The notes below the pieces were generated by a model, which saw nothing but the letters and a program-made list of their open reading frames with translations, was not told the DNA's origin and did not search any database. Shown here in pieces: positions 9,907-19,850 of a stretch of 64,000 nucleotides of DNA. The translations under genes and the position numbers were made by a program. The DNA lies in assembly GCA_963662795.1 (NCBI GenBank), contig OY759746.1, positions 1,504,001 through 1,568,000 on the forward strand, read 5' to 3'. This stretch comes from Spirochaetia bacterium (GTDB taxonomy: Bacteria > Spirochaetota > Spirochaetia > CADAEX01). Each line of letters starts with the position of its first letter. Positions within the stretch are counted from its first letter, which is position 1.

Positions 9907-10698
9907 GTGTCTCTTAAAGCTATTTTTTTTGATTTCGGAGGAACCCTGGATCTTTATCCGGATGTTCCCGAAAAAAGTGCTGCCGCTGCCGGGAAGATGC
10001 TTGATCTTCTGGAATCCGCGGGCCTTGATATGAAAAACAGATTCAGCAATGAAGAATTTTATCATTTTGTCAGGGATAAAAACAGGGAGTATAAAAAGTG
10101 GAAAGACGAAACCCTGATCGAACTTCCGGAGAAAAAAGTCTGGAAAGATTATATTCTCTGCAATGAGTCAAGGAAGGAGCTTCTGGACTGCAATACCGTA
10201 AGGGAACTTACATATCTGATGGACAATGGTTTTCATTCAAGACATGTGAGACCCGAGGCTAAGGAGGCCCTTGAAATCCTGAAACAATACGGACTTGTCA
10301 TGGGAATAATCAGCAATGTCCTAAGTTCCCTCCAGGTACCCAGAGATCTGGAACGTTATGGGTTAGCGGATTTTTTTAATCCTGTTGTAACATCAGCTGA
10401 TTTTGGCAGAGTAAAACCCCATTCTTCAATTTTTTCTCATGCAGTCGAAGCAGCCGGCCTTGAGGCCAGTGAATGTGTTTATGTCGGCAACAGTCCCGTG
10501 AGTGACATACAGGGAGCAAAGGATGCCGGTTTTAAGGCCGCTGTTTTGATCAATTATGAACATACTCCGCTGCGCGACAGAATGACACATGTGAAACCTG
10601 ATTATTATATTGAGAATCTGCTTGAGCTTCCCGCTATAATCGGAATGCTGCTGGAAGAAGGTTCTTTTATTAATCCGGTTTGCCGCGCGAAAAAATAA
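9907..10698 (+). CDS. HAD-IA hydrolase
   Basis: FDFGGTL, ISN, KPHSSIF, VGNSPVSDI; GTG start after GGAGG. Confidence 0.9.
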   Translation: MSLKAIFFDFGGTLDLYPDVPEKSAAAAGKMLDLLESAGLDMKNRFSNEEFYHFVRDKNREYKKWKDETLIELPEKKVWKDYILCNESRKELLDCNTVRELTYLMDNGFHSRHVRPEAKEALEILKQYGLVMGIISNVLSSLQVPRDLERYGLADFFNPVVTSADFGRVKPHSSIFSHAVEAAGLEASECVYVGNSPVSDIQGAKDAGFKAAVLINYEHTPLRDRMTHVKPDYYIENLLELPAIIGMLLEEGSFINPVCRAKK

Positions 10699-10728
10699 AG
10701 CGGTGAAATATTTTTTATGTAGTTAATT

Positions 10729-10765
10729 ATCCGGCTGAAATATCTTACTGCTGTTTCAGCCGGAT
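10729..10765 (+). other. Intergenic stem-loop
   Basis: ATCCGGCTGAAA...TTTCAGCCGGAT, 12-bp stem, no U-tract. Confidence 0.5.
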
Positions 10766-10811
10766 CTGATATTACAGTTAAATAGCCTGGGAAAGGAGTT
10801 GCTGAATAAAT

Positions 10812-11900
10812 ATGGCAAATAAAGTTAAACTGAAAATTGAAAACCTGTCCAAGATATGGGGGGATGTAAAGGCAATAGACAATATTTCAATGGAAATTGA
10901 GGAAGGAAGTTTTTTAACACTGCTCGGCCCTTCCGGCTGCGGTAAAACAACAACTTTAAGATCTATCGCCGGGCTTGAAGAGCCTACTAACGGTAAAATA
11001 TTTATTAATAATAAACTTGTTTATTCAAAAAAAGAAGAAATTGTTGTTGAGCCGGTAAAGAGGGATATTGGACTGATTTTTCAGTCTTATGCCCTTTGGC
11101 CGCACATGACAGTCTACGACAATATTGCTTTCAGCCTTTTATTGAAAAAAATTCCCAAAGACGAAGTAAGCAGAAGAGTCAACGCTATGCTCAGGAATGT
11201 TCATCTGGAAGAACTCGGCGGACGGTTCCCGAATGAACTTTCAGGAGGACAGCAGCAGAGGGTCGCTATAGCGAGAATGCTGATTACATCACCTGACATT
11301 TTTCTTATGGATGAGCCGCTTTCAAATCTTGACGCAAAGCTCAGAATGGGGATGAGGAGCGAATTAAAGAGACTCCACCAGGAGTCGGGCGCTACAACTG
11401 TATATGTTACACATGACCAGGAAGAGGCAATGACAATGTCTACCCATATCTGTGTAATGAAAGACGGTGTAATCAGGCAGCTGGATTCACCTGAGACGCT
11501 TTACAGAAAGCCCGCAGATCTTTTTGTGGCTGATTTTATCAGCAACCCCAAGATGAATTTTTATGATGCTGTTGCAGCACGGGAAAATGGAAAGACTTAT
11601 ATTTCTTTTGCGGGTTTCAGGATTAATGTTGATTCCGGTCTTATCGGAGAGAGAAAAGAAGTAAAAGTTGCGGTACGGCCTGAAGATTATATCCTGGACC
11701 CGAATGGTTCTGATTTCAGGGTTATAACACAGCTCCCGACAGGCCCTGATCAGATACTGAACCTTGAAAAGGATGGCCTTTCCACAACCATGGTTTCTCC
11801 GGATTACATTAAGGTTAATCCGGGTGAAAATATCAGAATCGGAATCAGGGAAGGGGTATACAACCTGTTTGATACTTCAACTGAAAAAAGAATTTATTAG
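10812..11900 (+). CDS. Carbohydrate ABC transporter ATPase (MalK/MsmX-like)
   Basis: GPSGCGKT, LSGGQQQR, MDEPLSNLD, YVTHD. Confidence 0.95.
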   Translation: MANKVKLKIENLSKIWGDVKAIDNISMEIEEGSFLTLLGPSGCGKTTTLRSIAGLEEPTNGKIFINNKLVYSKKEEIVVEPVKRDIGLIFQSYALWPHMTVYDNIAFSLLLKKIPKDEVSRRVNAMLRNVHLEELGGRFPNELSGGQQQRVAIARMLITSPDIFLMDEPLSNLDAKLRMGMRSELKRLHQESGATTVYVTHDQEEAMTMSTHICVMKDGVIRQLDSPETLYRKPADLFVADFISNPKMNFYDAVAARENGKTYISFAGFRINVDSGLIGERKEVKVAVRPEDYILDPNGSDFRVITQLPTGPDQILNLEKDGLSTTMVSPDYIKVNPGENIRIGIREGVYNLFDTSTEKRIY

Positions 11901-11984
11901 AGATATTTATTTATTCCAGGATAAATTTGAAAACAGCCGGCAGAATGTTTTGTATTGCCGCAAATAAATTTTCGGAGAAATATT

Positions 11985-13337
11985 TTGGGTGTTTTTAACG
12001 CAAATGACATCAGAGGGATCTTTGATAAAGAGTGGGACCTTACTACAGCATACAGAATCGGTTATTTTCTCCCTGAGATCCTTGACTCTGATATCATAGT
12101 TGTAGGCCGTGATGCGCGCCTTACCTCGGGACAAATCTTTGATCATCTCTGCAGCGGGATAAACGACGCGGGAGCTGATGTAATTGATATCGGCCTCTGC
12201 GATACTCCTGCCATGTATTTTACTGTCGGAATGTACGGGTTTGGAGGGGGAGCCATGATTACAGCTTCACACAATCCTGCTGAATATAATGGAATTAAAA
12301 TTGTAAGAAAAGGACCGACGGCCATAGGTTATAAAGACGGAATTGCTGAGCTGGAGAAAATGGTAAATGAGAGCAAGGAACGTGAACCGGATAAAAAAAA
12401 GAAGAAAGGCCGGATAGTCTTTAAAAATATTGAAAAAGACTATATCAGTTTTTATTCTGAATATACAAAAAATATAGGTAATCTTAAAATTGTTGTGGAC
12501 TGTTCAAACGGCAGCGCAGGTGTTTACGGAAGAAAAATTCTTGCAGGAAGCAATGTGAATGCTGTTTATATTAACGAAAAACCTGACGGACACTTCCCCG
12601 GACACGGTCCTGACCCCATGAAAAGTGAAAACCTTGCGCAGCTCTCTGAATCTGTAAAAAATGAGAAAGCGGATATCGGACTCTGTTTTGACGGAGATGC
12701 TGACCGTGTTGTTTTTATTGATGAGAACGGAAATCCGGTCTCTCCTGATATGATAATTGCGATTCTGGGTAAATATTTTTTAAAGAACGGAAAAGAGACA
12801 ATACTGTATGATCTAAGATGTTCAAACGGTATTGCCGAGTTTATTTCCGAATGCGGCGGAGAAGCTGTAATGTGTCCTGTCGGGCATGTATTTTTAAAGA
12901 AAAAATTAAAAGAAACGGGAAGCGCTTTCGGTGGTGAACTTGCCGGGCACTATTATTTCCGAGACTTCTTTTTCTGCGATTCAGGATGGATGACAGCGCT
13001 CCTTGTACTGAGCGTTCTTTCGAAGATTGACGGAGGGGAGAAGCTGTCAGACATGGTAAGCACCATTAGAAAATATTATTTTTCAGGAGAACTCAACTTT
13101 CCGGTAAACGGAGGGGACAGGGAAAGTCTTTATTCCATGCTTAAGGAAAAATATAAAGATGGAGTAAAAAATGAAATCGACGGCATACGAATTGATTATC
13201 CCGACTGGTGGTTTGTTGTAAGGAGATCTACCAATGAACCGCTTGTAAGACTGATTGTTGAAACAAAAACAGAAAATGAGCTCGAAAACAGAATTAAAGA
13301 GCTTGCCGGATTGATCCAGACTTCAGGCAGCAAATAG
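11985..13337 (+). CDS. Alpha-D-phosphohexomutase, paralog 2
   Basis: TASHNP, FDGDADR, GELAGH; TTG start at 11985 chosen from the GGAG RBS and alignment to paralog 1. Confidence 0.95.
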   Translation: MGVFNANDIRGIFDKEWDLTTAYRIGYFLPEILDSDIIVVGRDARLTSGQIFDHLCSGINDAGADVIDIGLCDTPAMYFTVGMYGFGGGAMITASHNPAEYNGIKIVRKGPTAIGYKDGIAELEKMVNESKEREPDKKKKKGRIVFKNIEKDYISFYSEYTKNIGNLKIVVDCSNGSAGVYGRKILAGSNVNAVYINEKPDGHFPGHGPDPMKSENLAQLSESVKNEKADIGLCFDGDADRVVFIDENGNPVSPDMIIAILGKYFLKNGKETILYDLRCSNGIAEFISECGGEAVMCPVGHVFLKKKLKETGSAFGGELAGHYYFRDFFFCDSGWMTALLVLSVLSKIDGGEKLSDMVSTIRKYYFSGELNFPVNGGDRESLYSMLKEKYKDGVKNEIDGIRIDYPDWWFVVRRSTNEPLVRLIVETKTENELENRIKELAGLIQTSGSK

Positions 13338-13353
13338 AAAAGGCAGGTACGGA

Positions 13354-14109
13354 ATGACTAACGTAAAAACTGATGTGTCGGAAATTGATTTTATTTTTTT
13401 TGACAAAGGCGGGACTTTAAGTTATCAGGAACCGCATGAAGACGGAGGGGTAGCAGCGGCGAAAGAGATAATGGATTTTCTCGGATATAAGGGCGACCCG
13501 TCAGAGTTCCGGAAGATGCTTAAGGAACGGGACAAAAAATACAAGAATTGGTCTCTTGAATCATGCTGTGAAGAAACAGTCGAGAATATGTGCGTGAAAT
13601 GGTATTTTTATGACGCACCGGATTTAACAAAAGCGGCTGATAACGCGGACAGGCTTATTAGAATGAATTCCTATGTCAAGGGCGAGAGAATAATGCATGC
13701 TGAGGCCGCCCCTCTTTTAAAAACACTTAGGGAAAGAGGTTACAGGGTGGGCCTAATAAGCAATACCGTAAGTCCTACAATGGTCCCTGAAGAGCTGAAG
13801 GAAGCGGGTATTTTTGATGGCCTTGAAGTTGTTATATTGTCATCTGTCGAAAGACTGCGCAAACCGGACCCGGCGATTTTTCTTCTTGCGTGCGAGAGGG
13901 CAGGTGTTGCCCCTGAAAAATGTGCCTACATCGGAGATGCCCCGAACCGGGATGTCGAAGGACCGAGAAGGGCGGGTTTTGCATCTGTAGTAATAATAAG
14001 CGGCAAAAACTATAATCCTGAATCTGATAAAGGGGCTCTGAGAGAGCCGGACGTTGTAGTTGCAAATCTTGCCGGTCTTTATGAAGTTTTCCCGGAAAAA
14101 AGGGGTTAG
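13354..14109 (+). CDS. HAD-IA hydrolase
   Basis: FDKGGTL, ISN, KPDPAIF, IGDAPNRD. Confidence 0.9.
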   Translation: MTNVKTDVSEIDFIFFDKGGTLSYQEPHEDGGVAAAKEIMDFLGYKGDPSEFRKMLKERDKKYKNWSLESCCEETVENMCVKWYFYDAPDLTKAADNADRLIRMNSYVKGERIMHAEAAPLLKTLRERGYRVGLISNTVSPTMVPEELKEAGIFDGLEVVILSSVERLRKPDPAIFLLACERAGVAPEKCAYIGDAPNRDVEGPRRAGFASVVIISGKNYNPESDKGALREPDVVVANLAGLYEVFPEKRG

Positions 14110-14115
14110 CCAGAT

Positions 14116-15174
14116 ATGAGAGACGGAGGATTGGAAATGAAGAGCAGAAGAATAACAGACTGCCGCTTTACCGGAGCGTGGATGACAGATATTGATGACA
14201 CAATAATCAGGTCAGGTGAAATGCCGGATGAAAACTGGGTTAAATGGATCTCTTCCAGAATTGAAAAATTAAACAGCCATAACATTTTGTGGATACCTAT
14301 GAGCGGTGTAGCCCTTGTAAAACTGGGACCCAGGATCCTTTACCGGCTGCCTGAAAACATACTTGATTCAGTCCTTTATTACGGCGGAGACGGAAGCCAG
14401 AAATACTATTTTGATAAGGCAGCCGGAAAATGGGCGGAAGACCTCGACTACAAAAGGGTGTTCACGGATGAACAGGCCCTTGCAGTAATAGGAAAGGATG
14501 AGTTTCTGAAAACAGTTCATGATGAAGGGCGGTATGAAAAGGCGGCCTCTGCACTTGCTGAAGGAAGATTTAAATCAGAAAACGGAATACTTGACACAAT
14601 GAAAAAGATGCTTTCCGATAACGGCTATGATCCGGACCTTTCTGAGACATACTTCCGCGGAGGCTCTGTGAGCTGGATGATGCTGGGAGATATATCTGCC
14701 GAACCCTATAAAACAGAGAAAGCGGCAGAGGTCAGAAGGAAACTTATTGAATACGCGGAAAAGACCCTTGAGGAAGAAGGTTTCCTTAAGCGTTTTGGAA
14801 AAGAGGGGATAAATATTCCATTTCACGGGGCCCGCGGGATAAAATTTGTTATGATGGGCAACGACAAGGAAAGAGGAACGCGTGACCTGGTGGAAAAGGA
14901 AGGGATAAAGCCTGAAAACATTGTATTTGCGGGAAACGAACTTTTCGCTGGCGGAAACGATAACATGATCAGGAAAGTAAAGGGTGTGACCATATTGTCT
15001 GTAGGTGAAAAGACAGATCCGGGAGAGCATGTGATAGCTGCGGGGGAGGGGATTGAAGCGAACAACCTGTGGCTTGATGAGATATGCGGTTCACTTGACA
15101 GGGGTGAGAAATGGGAAGATATTTTTGCAGCCATAAGAATCCAGGGAAAAAAATGGATAGGAAATAAATTATGA
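14116..15174 (+). CDS. HAD-IIB protein resembling eukaryotic-type phosphomannomutase
   Basis: DIDDT motif I, MSG, DKERG, FAGNELFAGGND motif IV. Confidence 0.6.
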   Translation: MRDGGLEMKSRRITDCRFTGAWMTDIDDTIIRSGEMPDENWVKWISSRIEKLNSHNILWIPMSGVALVKLGPRILYRLPENILDSVLYYGGDGSQKYYFDKAAGKWAEDLDYKRVFTDEQALAVIGKDEFLKTVHDEGRYEKAASALAEGRFKSENGILDTMKKMLSDNGYDPDLSETYFRGGSVSWMMLGDISAEPYKTEKAAEVRRKLIEYAEKTLEEEGFLKRFGKEGINIPFHGARGIKFVMMGNDKERGTRDLVEKEGIKPENIVFAGNELFAGGNDNMIRKVKGVTILSVGEKTDPGEHVIAAGEGIEANNLWLDEICGSLDRGEKWEDIFAAIRIQGKKWIGNKL

Positions 15175-16529
15175 ATGAAGCGTTTAAATCAGGCTGTGTA
15201 AGAGGTCCTTACCCCCGGCAGTGGGATGCGGTTACTGCCTACAGGATAGGCAGGTATCTTCCTTCATTGCTTGATACGGAAAGTATTGTTATAGGACGTG
15301 ACGCAAGGCTTTCCTCTGTTGAAATTTTTGAACATCTGGCAAAAGGGATATCAGAAAGCGGAGCCGATGTATTTGATATCGGCCTTGTCGATACCCCCGC
15401 CCTTTATTTTGCAAATGTAAAATATGATTTCAGCGCATCGCTGATGATAACCGCTTCGCATAACCCCGCGGGAGACAACGGGCTTAAAATACACCGCGGC
15501 AACGCAGTCCCGGTAGACGGCAAAACCGGGCTTAAAGAGCTTGAAGCTCTCATAGAAACTGCTCCGCCTGAGCCGGCTGGAAAAAAGGGGAAAATAGAAT
15601 ATCTTGATATAGAAAAGGATTATTTGTCCCTTCTCGAAACATTCACGCACGGGATAAAAAAACTCAAAGTTGTACTTGACTGTTCTTCCGGAAGCGCCGG
15701 AAGGTTTATACATAAGATCTTAAAGATGATTCCCCAGGGCGAGTTTATAATTTTAAACGATAAGCCGGATGGCAGTTTTCCTGCACACGGACCTAATCCG
15801 CTTAAAGAATCAAGCCAGATTCAGATCAGGGAAAAAATAGCAGAGGCTAATGCTGATTTCGGCATAATTTTTGACGGAGACTGCGACAGGACAATATTTA
15901 TTACAGGGAAAGGCGATATGGTTATGCCTGACCTTATCCTGCCGTATCTGGCAAGGTATTATTTTATCCACTTCCCGGAAAAAAAGAAAGGGGACGACGG
16001 GATAATATATGACCTCAGGTGTTCAAGCAATGTCCGTGAATATGTGGAAAAGCTGGGCGGAAAGGCGCATCAGTGTAAAACCGGTCATACCGCGATACAG
16101 TCTGCCATTCACGGTAATAAAGGGCTTATAGGGGCAGAGCTTGCGGGGCACTACTATTTTCGGGATTTTTACGGACAGGACTCAGCTTATATCGCAATGC
16201 TTATGTCTTTCGCAATTGCATCAAACAGCACCCGGAAATTCTCTGAAGAGATCAGGGAAATTGAGAAATATGCTTTTTCCGGTGAAATAAACTTCAGGGT
16301 AAAAAACAGTATTGGAGTTCTGGATGAACTTCAAAAAGTTTATACCGCTATCGGCGCTAAAATTGACAGGAGCGAAGGAGTCAAAGCTGTTTTGGGCAAC
16401 TGGTGGTTCCTTGCGAGGGTATCAAATACCGAGCCAGTGCTGAGGCTTGTTGTTGAAGCAGATGACAGGGATACAATGAAGAAAAAAGTTGAAGAGCTGA
16501 CAAAAATAATTACAGGAGAACCCGGGTAA
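15171..16529 (+). CDS. Alpha-D-phosphohexomutase, paralog 3
   Basis: TASHNP, FDGDCDR, AELAGH, RVSNTEP. Confidence 0.95.
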   Translation: MNEAFKSGCVRGPYPRQWDAVTAYRIGRYLPSLLDTESIVIGRDARLSSVEIFEHLAKGISESGADVFDIGLVDTPALYFANVKYDFSASLMITASHNPAGDNGLKIHRGNAVPVDGKTGLKELEALIETAPPEPAGKKGKIEYLDIEKDYLSLLETFTHGIKKLKVVLDCSSGSAGRFIHKILKMIPQGEFIILNDKPDGSFPAHGPNPLKESSQIQIREKIAEANADFGIIFDGDCDRTIFITGKGDMVMPDLILPYLARYYFIHFPEKKKGDDGIIYDLRCSSNVREYVEKLGGKAHQCKTGHTAIQSAIHGNKGLIGAELAGHYYFRDFYGQDSAYIAMLMSFAIASNSTRKFSEEIREIEKYAFSGEINFRVKNSIGVLDELQKVYTAIGAKIDRSEGVKAVLGNWWFLARVSNTEPVLRLVVEADDRDTMKKKVEELTKIITGEPG

Positions 16530-16581
16530 AAACCGCCTTACGGCTGCACCCCGGGCTCCATTAAATAATCAGGAGACAGTC

Positions 16582-17463
16582 ATGAAAAAAGAATACAACA
16601 TAGTATCAATCGGTCATGTGACAAATGATGTGAGAAACATGATGGGAACAAAAACACCGTTTGTCGGGGGGGCGGCTTTCTTTTCTCCCCATGCGGCTAA
16701 AAGGTCAGGGGCGGATGTTCTTGTAATTACCAAGATGGCCCAGAAGGACAGGCATACACTTTCCACCCTTACGGATGCCGGTATTGATGTTCTTCCTCTT
16801 CCTTCAAAAGCAACTACGTCAATTGAGAACATATTTGTCACGGAGGACCAGGACAACAGGAAGCTTAAGCTTCTGTCCCTTGCAGACCCGTTCAGCGCGG
16901 ATGAGGTCCCGTCAGATATAAAAGCAGAGGTTTTTCATATCGCCGCCCTTTTCAGCGGAGAAGTTCCGGATGAAATGATTAAAAGCCTTTCAAAGAGGGG
17001 TAAAGTCGCCCTTGACCTTCAGGCTGCGCTCCGCTACATAGGGGAGGAAGATGTTTATTTCGAGGACTGGAAGGACAAGGAAAAATATCTTCCCTACGCT
17101 TATTATATCAAGGCAGACTCTCTTGAAATAAAGGTAATAACCGGGACCGATGACAGGGAAAAGGCGGCTAAGATACTTTACGGATGGGGCGGTAAAGAGA
17201 TAGTCATAACAAGAAAAGATGAAGTTCTCGTTTATGACGGTAAAAATTTCTATAGAGCGCCGTTTAACGCGAAAAACCTTGACGGCAGGGCAGGAAGAGG
17301 CGACACCTGTTTTCTCTCATACATTACAAGAAGATTCACACACACACCTGATGAGGCAACTCACTACGCGGCAGCCCTTACAAGCATCAAGATGGAGAAA
17401 TCAGCGCCGTTTTCAGGAACTGTCCAGGATGTTCTTGACAGGATGAAGACTCAAGTCTACTGA
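16582..17463 (+). CDS. PfkB family carbohydrate kinase
   Basis: IGHVTND, GGAAFF, DGRAGRGDTC. Confidence 0.9.
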   Translation: MKKEYNIVSIGHVTNDVRNMMGTKTPFVGGAAFFSPHAAKRSGADVLVITKMAQKDRHTLSTLTDAGIDVLPLPSKATTSIENIFVTEDQDNRKLKLLSLADPFSADEVPSDIKAEVFHIAALFSGEVPDEMIKSLSKRGKVALDLQAALRYIGEEDVYFEDWKDKEKYLPYAYYIKADSLEIKVITGTDDREKAAKILYGWGGKEIVITRKDEVLVYDGKNFYRAPFNAKNLDGRAGRGDTCFLSYITRRFTHTPDEATHYAAALTSIKMEKSAPFSGTVQDVLDRMKTQVY

Positions 17464-17519
17464 TTTTTAAAAATATTTTCCTGTTTACTTCTATAATCCT
17501 GTTCCGGGATTTATATCAG

Positions 17520-17551
17520 GGGCTGATATTTAAAAACAGCCCTGTCTTTTT
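17520..17551 (+). terminator. Possible intrinsic terminator after pfkB
   Basis: GGGCTG...CAGCCC stem followed by TGTCTTTTT. Confidence 0.4.
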
Positions 17552-17657
17552 ATAAATGAACTGTCCCCGTCTTGAATAATTACCTGTGCAGATTTATGAT
17601 TTTCCATGATACTGTTAAGATGAATTTTTCAATTATCAGAAGTCAACAGGAGAAATT

Positions 17658-18587
17658 ATGGAGCTTGATGCGGGGAACAGGATTATTGATAACATGTCGA
17701 AAGTTATTGTCGGTAAAAAGGACGCGCTTGAAATGGTTGTTGTCGCGCTTCTTGCCGGAGGGCATATCCTGCTAGAGGATGTTCCGGGTGTCGGAAAAAC
17801 CGTTATAGGCAAATGCCTGGCAAGAAGCATAAACGGCACATTTACGCGGATACAGTTTACCCCGGATGTCCTTCCCGGGGATGTGACAGGCTTTAATGTC
17901 TATGATAATAAAACCGGCCAGTTTAATTTTCAGCCGGGCCCTGTTATGACGAATATCCTCCTCGCTGATGAAATAAACAGGGCAATCCCGAGAACTCAGT
18001 CAAGCCTCCTTGAAAGTATGGAAGAGTGTCAGGTTACGGTAGATTCAAAAACCTGGATCCTTCCGGTCCCTTTCATGGTGATCGCGACACAGAATCCGAT
18101 AGAACTTGAGGGGACTTTTCCCCTTCCTGAAGCTCAGCTTGACAGGTTCCTGCTTAAAATATCACTGGGTTATCCTGACCCTGAAGAGGAAAATATAATC
18201 CTTCAGAGGTTTCAGAAGGATGACCCTCTTCCCTCCCTGACTCCTGTTTTTACCCCTGATGAGATTATGGTTCTGCAGGGAATGAGAAAAGAGGTGATGG
18301 TATCGGAACCTGTGCGCAGGTATATTACTGAAATAACCTCAGCGACAAGGCGCAGCAGAAAGATTAAATACGGGTCCAGCCCGAGGGGTTCGCTGGGGCT
18401 GATGAGGGCCGCGCAGAGTCTTGCCGTCCTTGATAAACGGGACTACGTTATACCTGATGATGTCAAAAAAGTTTCTGTTCCTGTTCTTGCCCACAGGATA
18501 ATCCTTGAGGAAGCGGTTATACTCGGCGGTGAGAAGCCTGAGGATATAATTAACGGAATAGTCAAAAAAACTGAGGTTCCGGTTTGA
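17658..18587 (+). CDS. MoxR family AAA ATPase
   Basis: LEDVPGVGKT, RIQFTPD, LADEINR, ATQNP, EAQLDRF. Confidence 0.97.
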   Translation: MELDAGNRIIDNMSKVIVGKKDALEMVVVALLAGGHILLEDVPGVGKTVIGKCLARSINGTFTRIQFTPDVLPGDVTGFNVYDNKTGQFNFQPGPVMTNILLADEINRAIPRTQSSLLESMEECQVTVDSKTWILPVPFMVIATQNPIELEGTFPLPEAQLDRFLLKISLGYPDPEEENIILQRFQKDDPLPSLTPVFTPDEIMVLQGMRKEVMVSEPVRRYITEITSATRRSRKIKYGSSPRGSLGLMRAAQSLAVLDKRDYVIPDDVKKVSVPVLAHRIILEEAVILGGEKPEDIINGIVKKTEVPV

Positions 18588-18602
18588 AGCAGGATCTTTG
18601 AG

Positions 18603-19850
18603 ATGAAGATCAGTTTTAACGAGGTTCCCTCTTCAATATTTTTTGTCCTTCCTGTTCAGATATTCCTTGCCGTTTTACTGGCGGCAGGACTTATTCTTAA
18701 CATCAGTGAACTTGTAATCTTTTCTCTTTTATTAATTACCGTTAAAATTTTTACTTATCTGTGGAGCCTCGCAAGTCTTGAGAAAGTCCAATGCAGCATA
18801 ACTCCTGAGAGATACAGGCTTTTTCCGGGTGATCAGCTTAATATTTTATTGAATGTAAACAACATGAAAATTCTTCCGGTTCTTATAAAAGTAGAACTTT
18901 TTCTCCATCATTCCCTTTCAGCGCAAGGTGAAGCAGCAGGTGGGGAAACAGCTGAGGGCAGGTGGATAAATCTGGAAAAAACTTTTATGTGGTTCGAGGG
19001 ATCGGAGTTTACAGTTAAAGCGTTTCCCTCCAGAAGGGGTGTGTATAATCTTGGCCCGCCGGTTCTTACGGGCTGTGATATTTTTTATTTTAACCGGAAA
19101 AAGAAAAAAACAGACACAGCCGCGGAAATACTTGTTTACCCGTCCGCCGTTAAGATAAAAAAATATAAGCTCCTCGAAAGGGAATATTTCGGCCTGCATT
19201 CAGGAATCAGCCCGGTTAAAAATCCTCTGCTTGTCTCAGGAACAAGGGATTATCAAAACGGGACCCCGGCCCGGAGCATTCACTGGAAAGCAAGCGCGAG
19301 GTTTAACCGGCTTCAGGTGAAAATATTTGAATCTGTAAGACAGGAAAAAGTACTGATAATACTTGAGGTGTCAGGTTTTAAAAAGAGCCGGGCAATATCC
19401 GGCAGTCCCGGAACACATGATAATGAAAATTTTGAAAAAATGCTTCAGGTCATTGCAGCTTTTATCCACTCTCTTCAGCACAGGGGAATCCCCTCGGGGT
19501 TTGTTACCAACGGGGTCCTTAACGGCGGAGGGTCAAGAATTATACCGTTTTCATGCAGCAGCGAGCATCACGCACTGGTTCTTGAAACACTTGCAAGACT
19601 TAAGATGGAAGAAGATTCGGGGAATGATATTACAGATTTGATAAAAAAGGGAGACTACCTTTCGGGCAGCGCCGGCTGCATATGCTTTTCTGATAAATAT
19701 TCCGGTTTGACCATGAAAATTTCCGACTGTCTTCTGGCGGGGAAAATACGAAGCAGATTCGTTTTTACTGAAAAAAGAGAAAATGATGTTATCCCTGTCA
19801 ATGCTGAATACCTCGATGACATTATTATAAGCGGAAAGGAGGAATCATGA
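18603..19850 (+). CDS. DUF58 domain protein
   Basis: TRDYQNGTPARSIHWKASAR; N-terminal TM segments; follows MoxR. Confidence 0.9.
   Translation: MKISFNEVPSSIFFVLPVQIFLAVLLAAGLILNISELVIFSLLLITVKIFTYLWSLASLEKVQCSITPERYRLFPGDQLNILLNVNNMKILPVLIKVELFLHHSLSAQGEAAGGETAEGRWINLEKTFMWFEGSEFTVKAFPSRRGVYNLGPPVLTGCDIFYFNRKKKKTDTAAEILVYPSAVKIKKYKLLEREYFGLHSGISPVKNPLLVSGTRDYQNGTPARSIHWKASARFNRLQVKIFESVRQEKVLIILEVSGFKKSRAISGSPGTHDNENFEKMLQVIAAFIHSLQHRGIPSGFVTNGVLNGGGSRIIPFSCSSEHHALVLETLARLKMEEDSGNDITDLIKKGDYLSGSAGCICFSDKYSGLTMKISDCLLAGKIRSRFVFTEKRENDVIPVNAEYLDDIIISGKEES

Noticed and set aside
9740-16559. GGAGCCCCGGGGT at 9740 resembling the reverse complement of 16548-16559
   Set aside because: Only about 12 bp with an indel; too short to call a repeat family or element end
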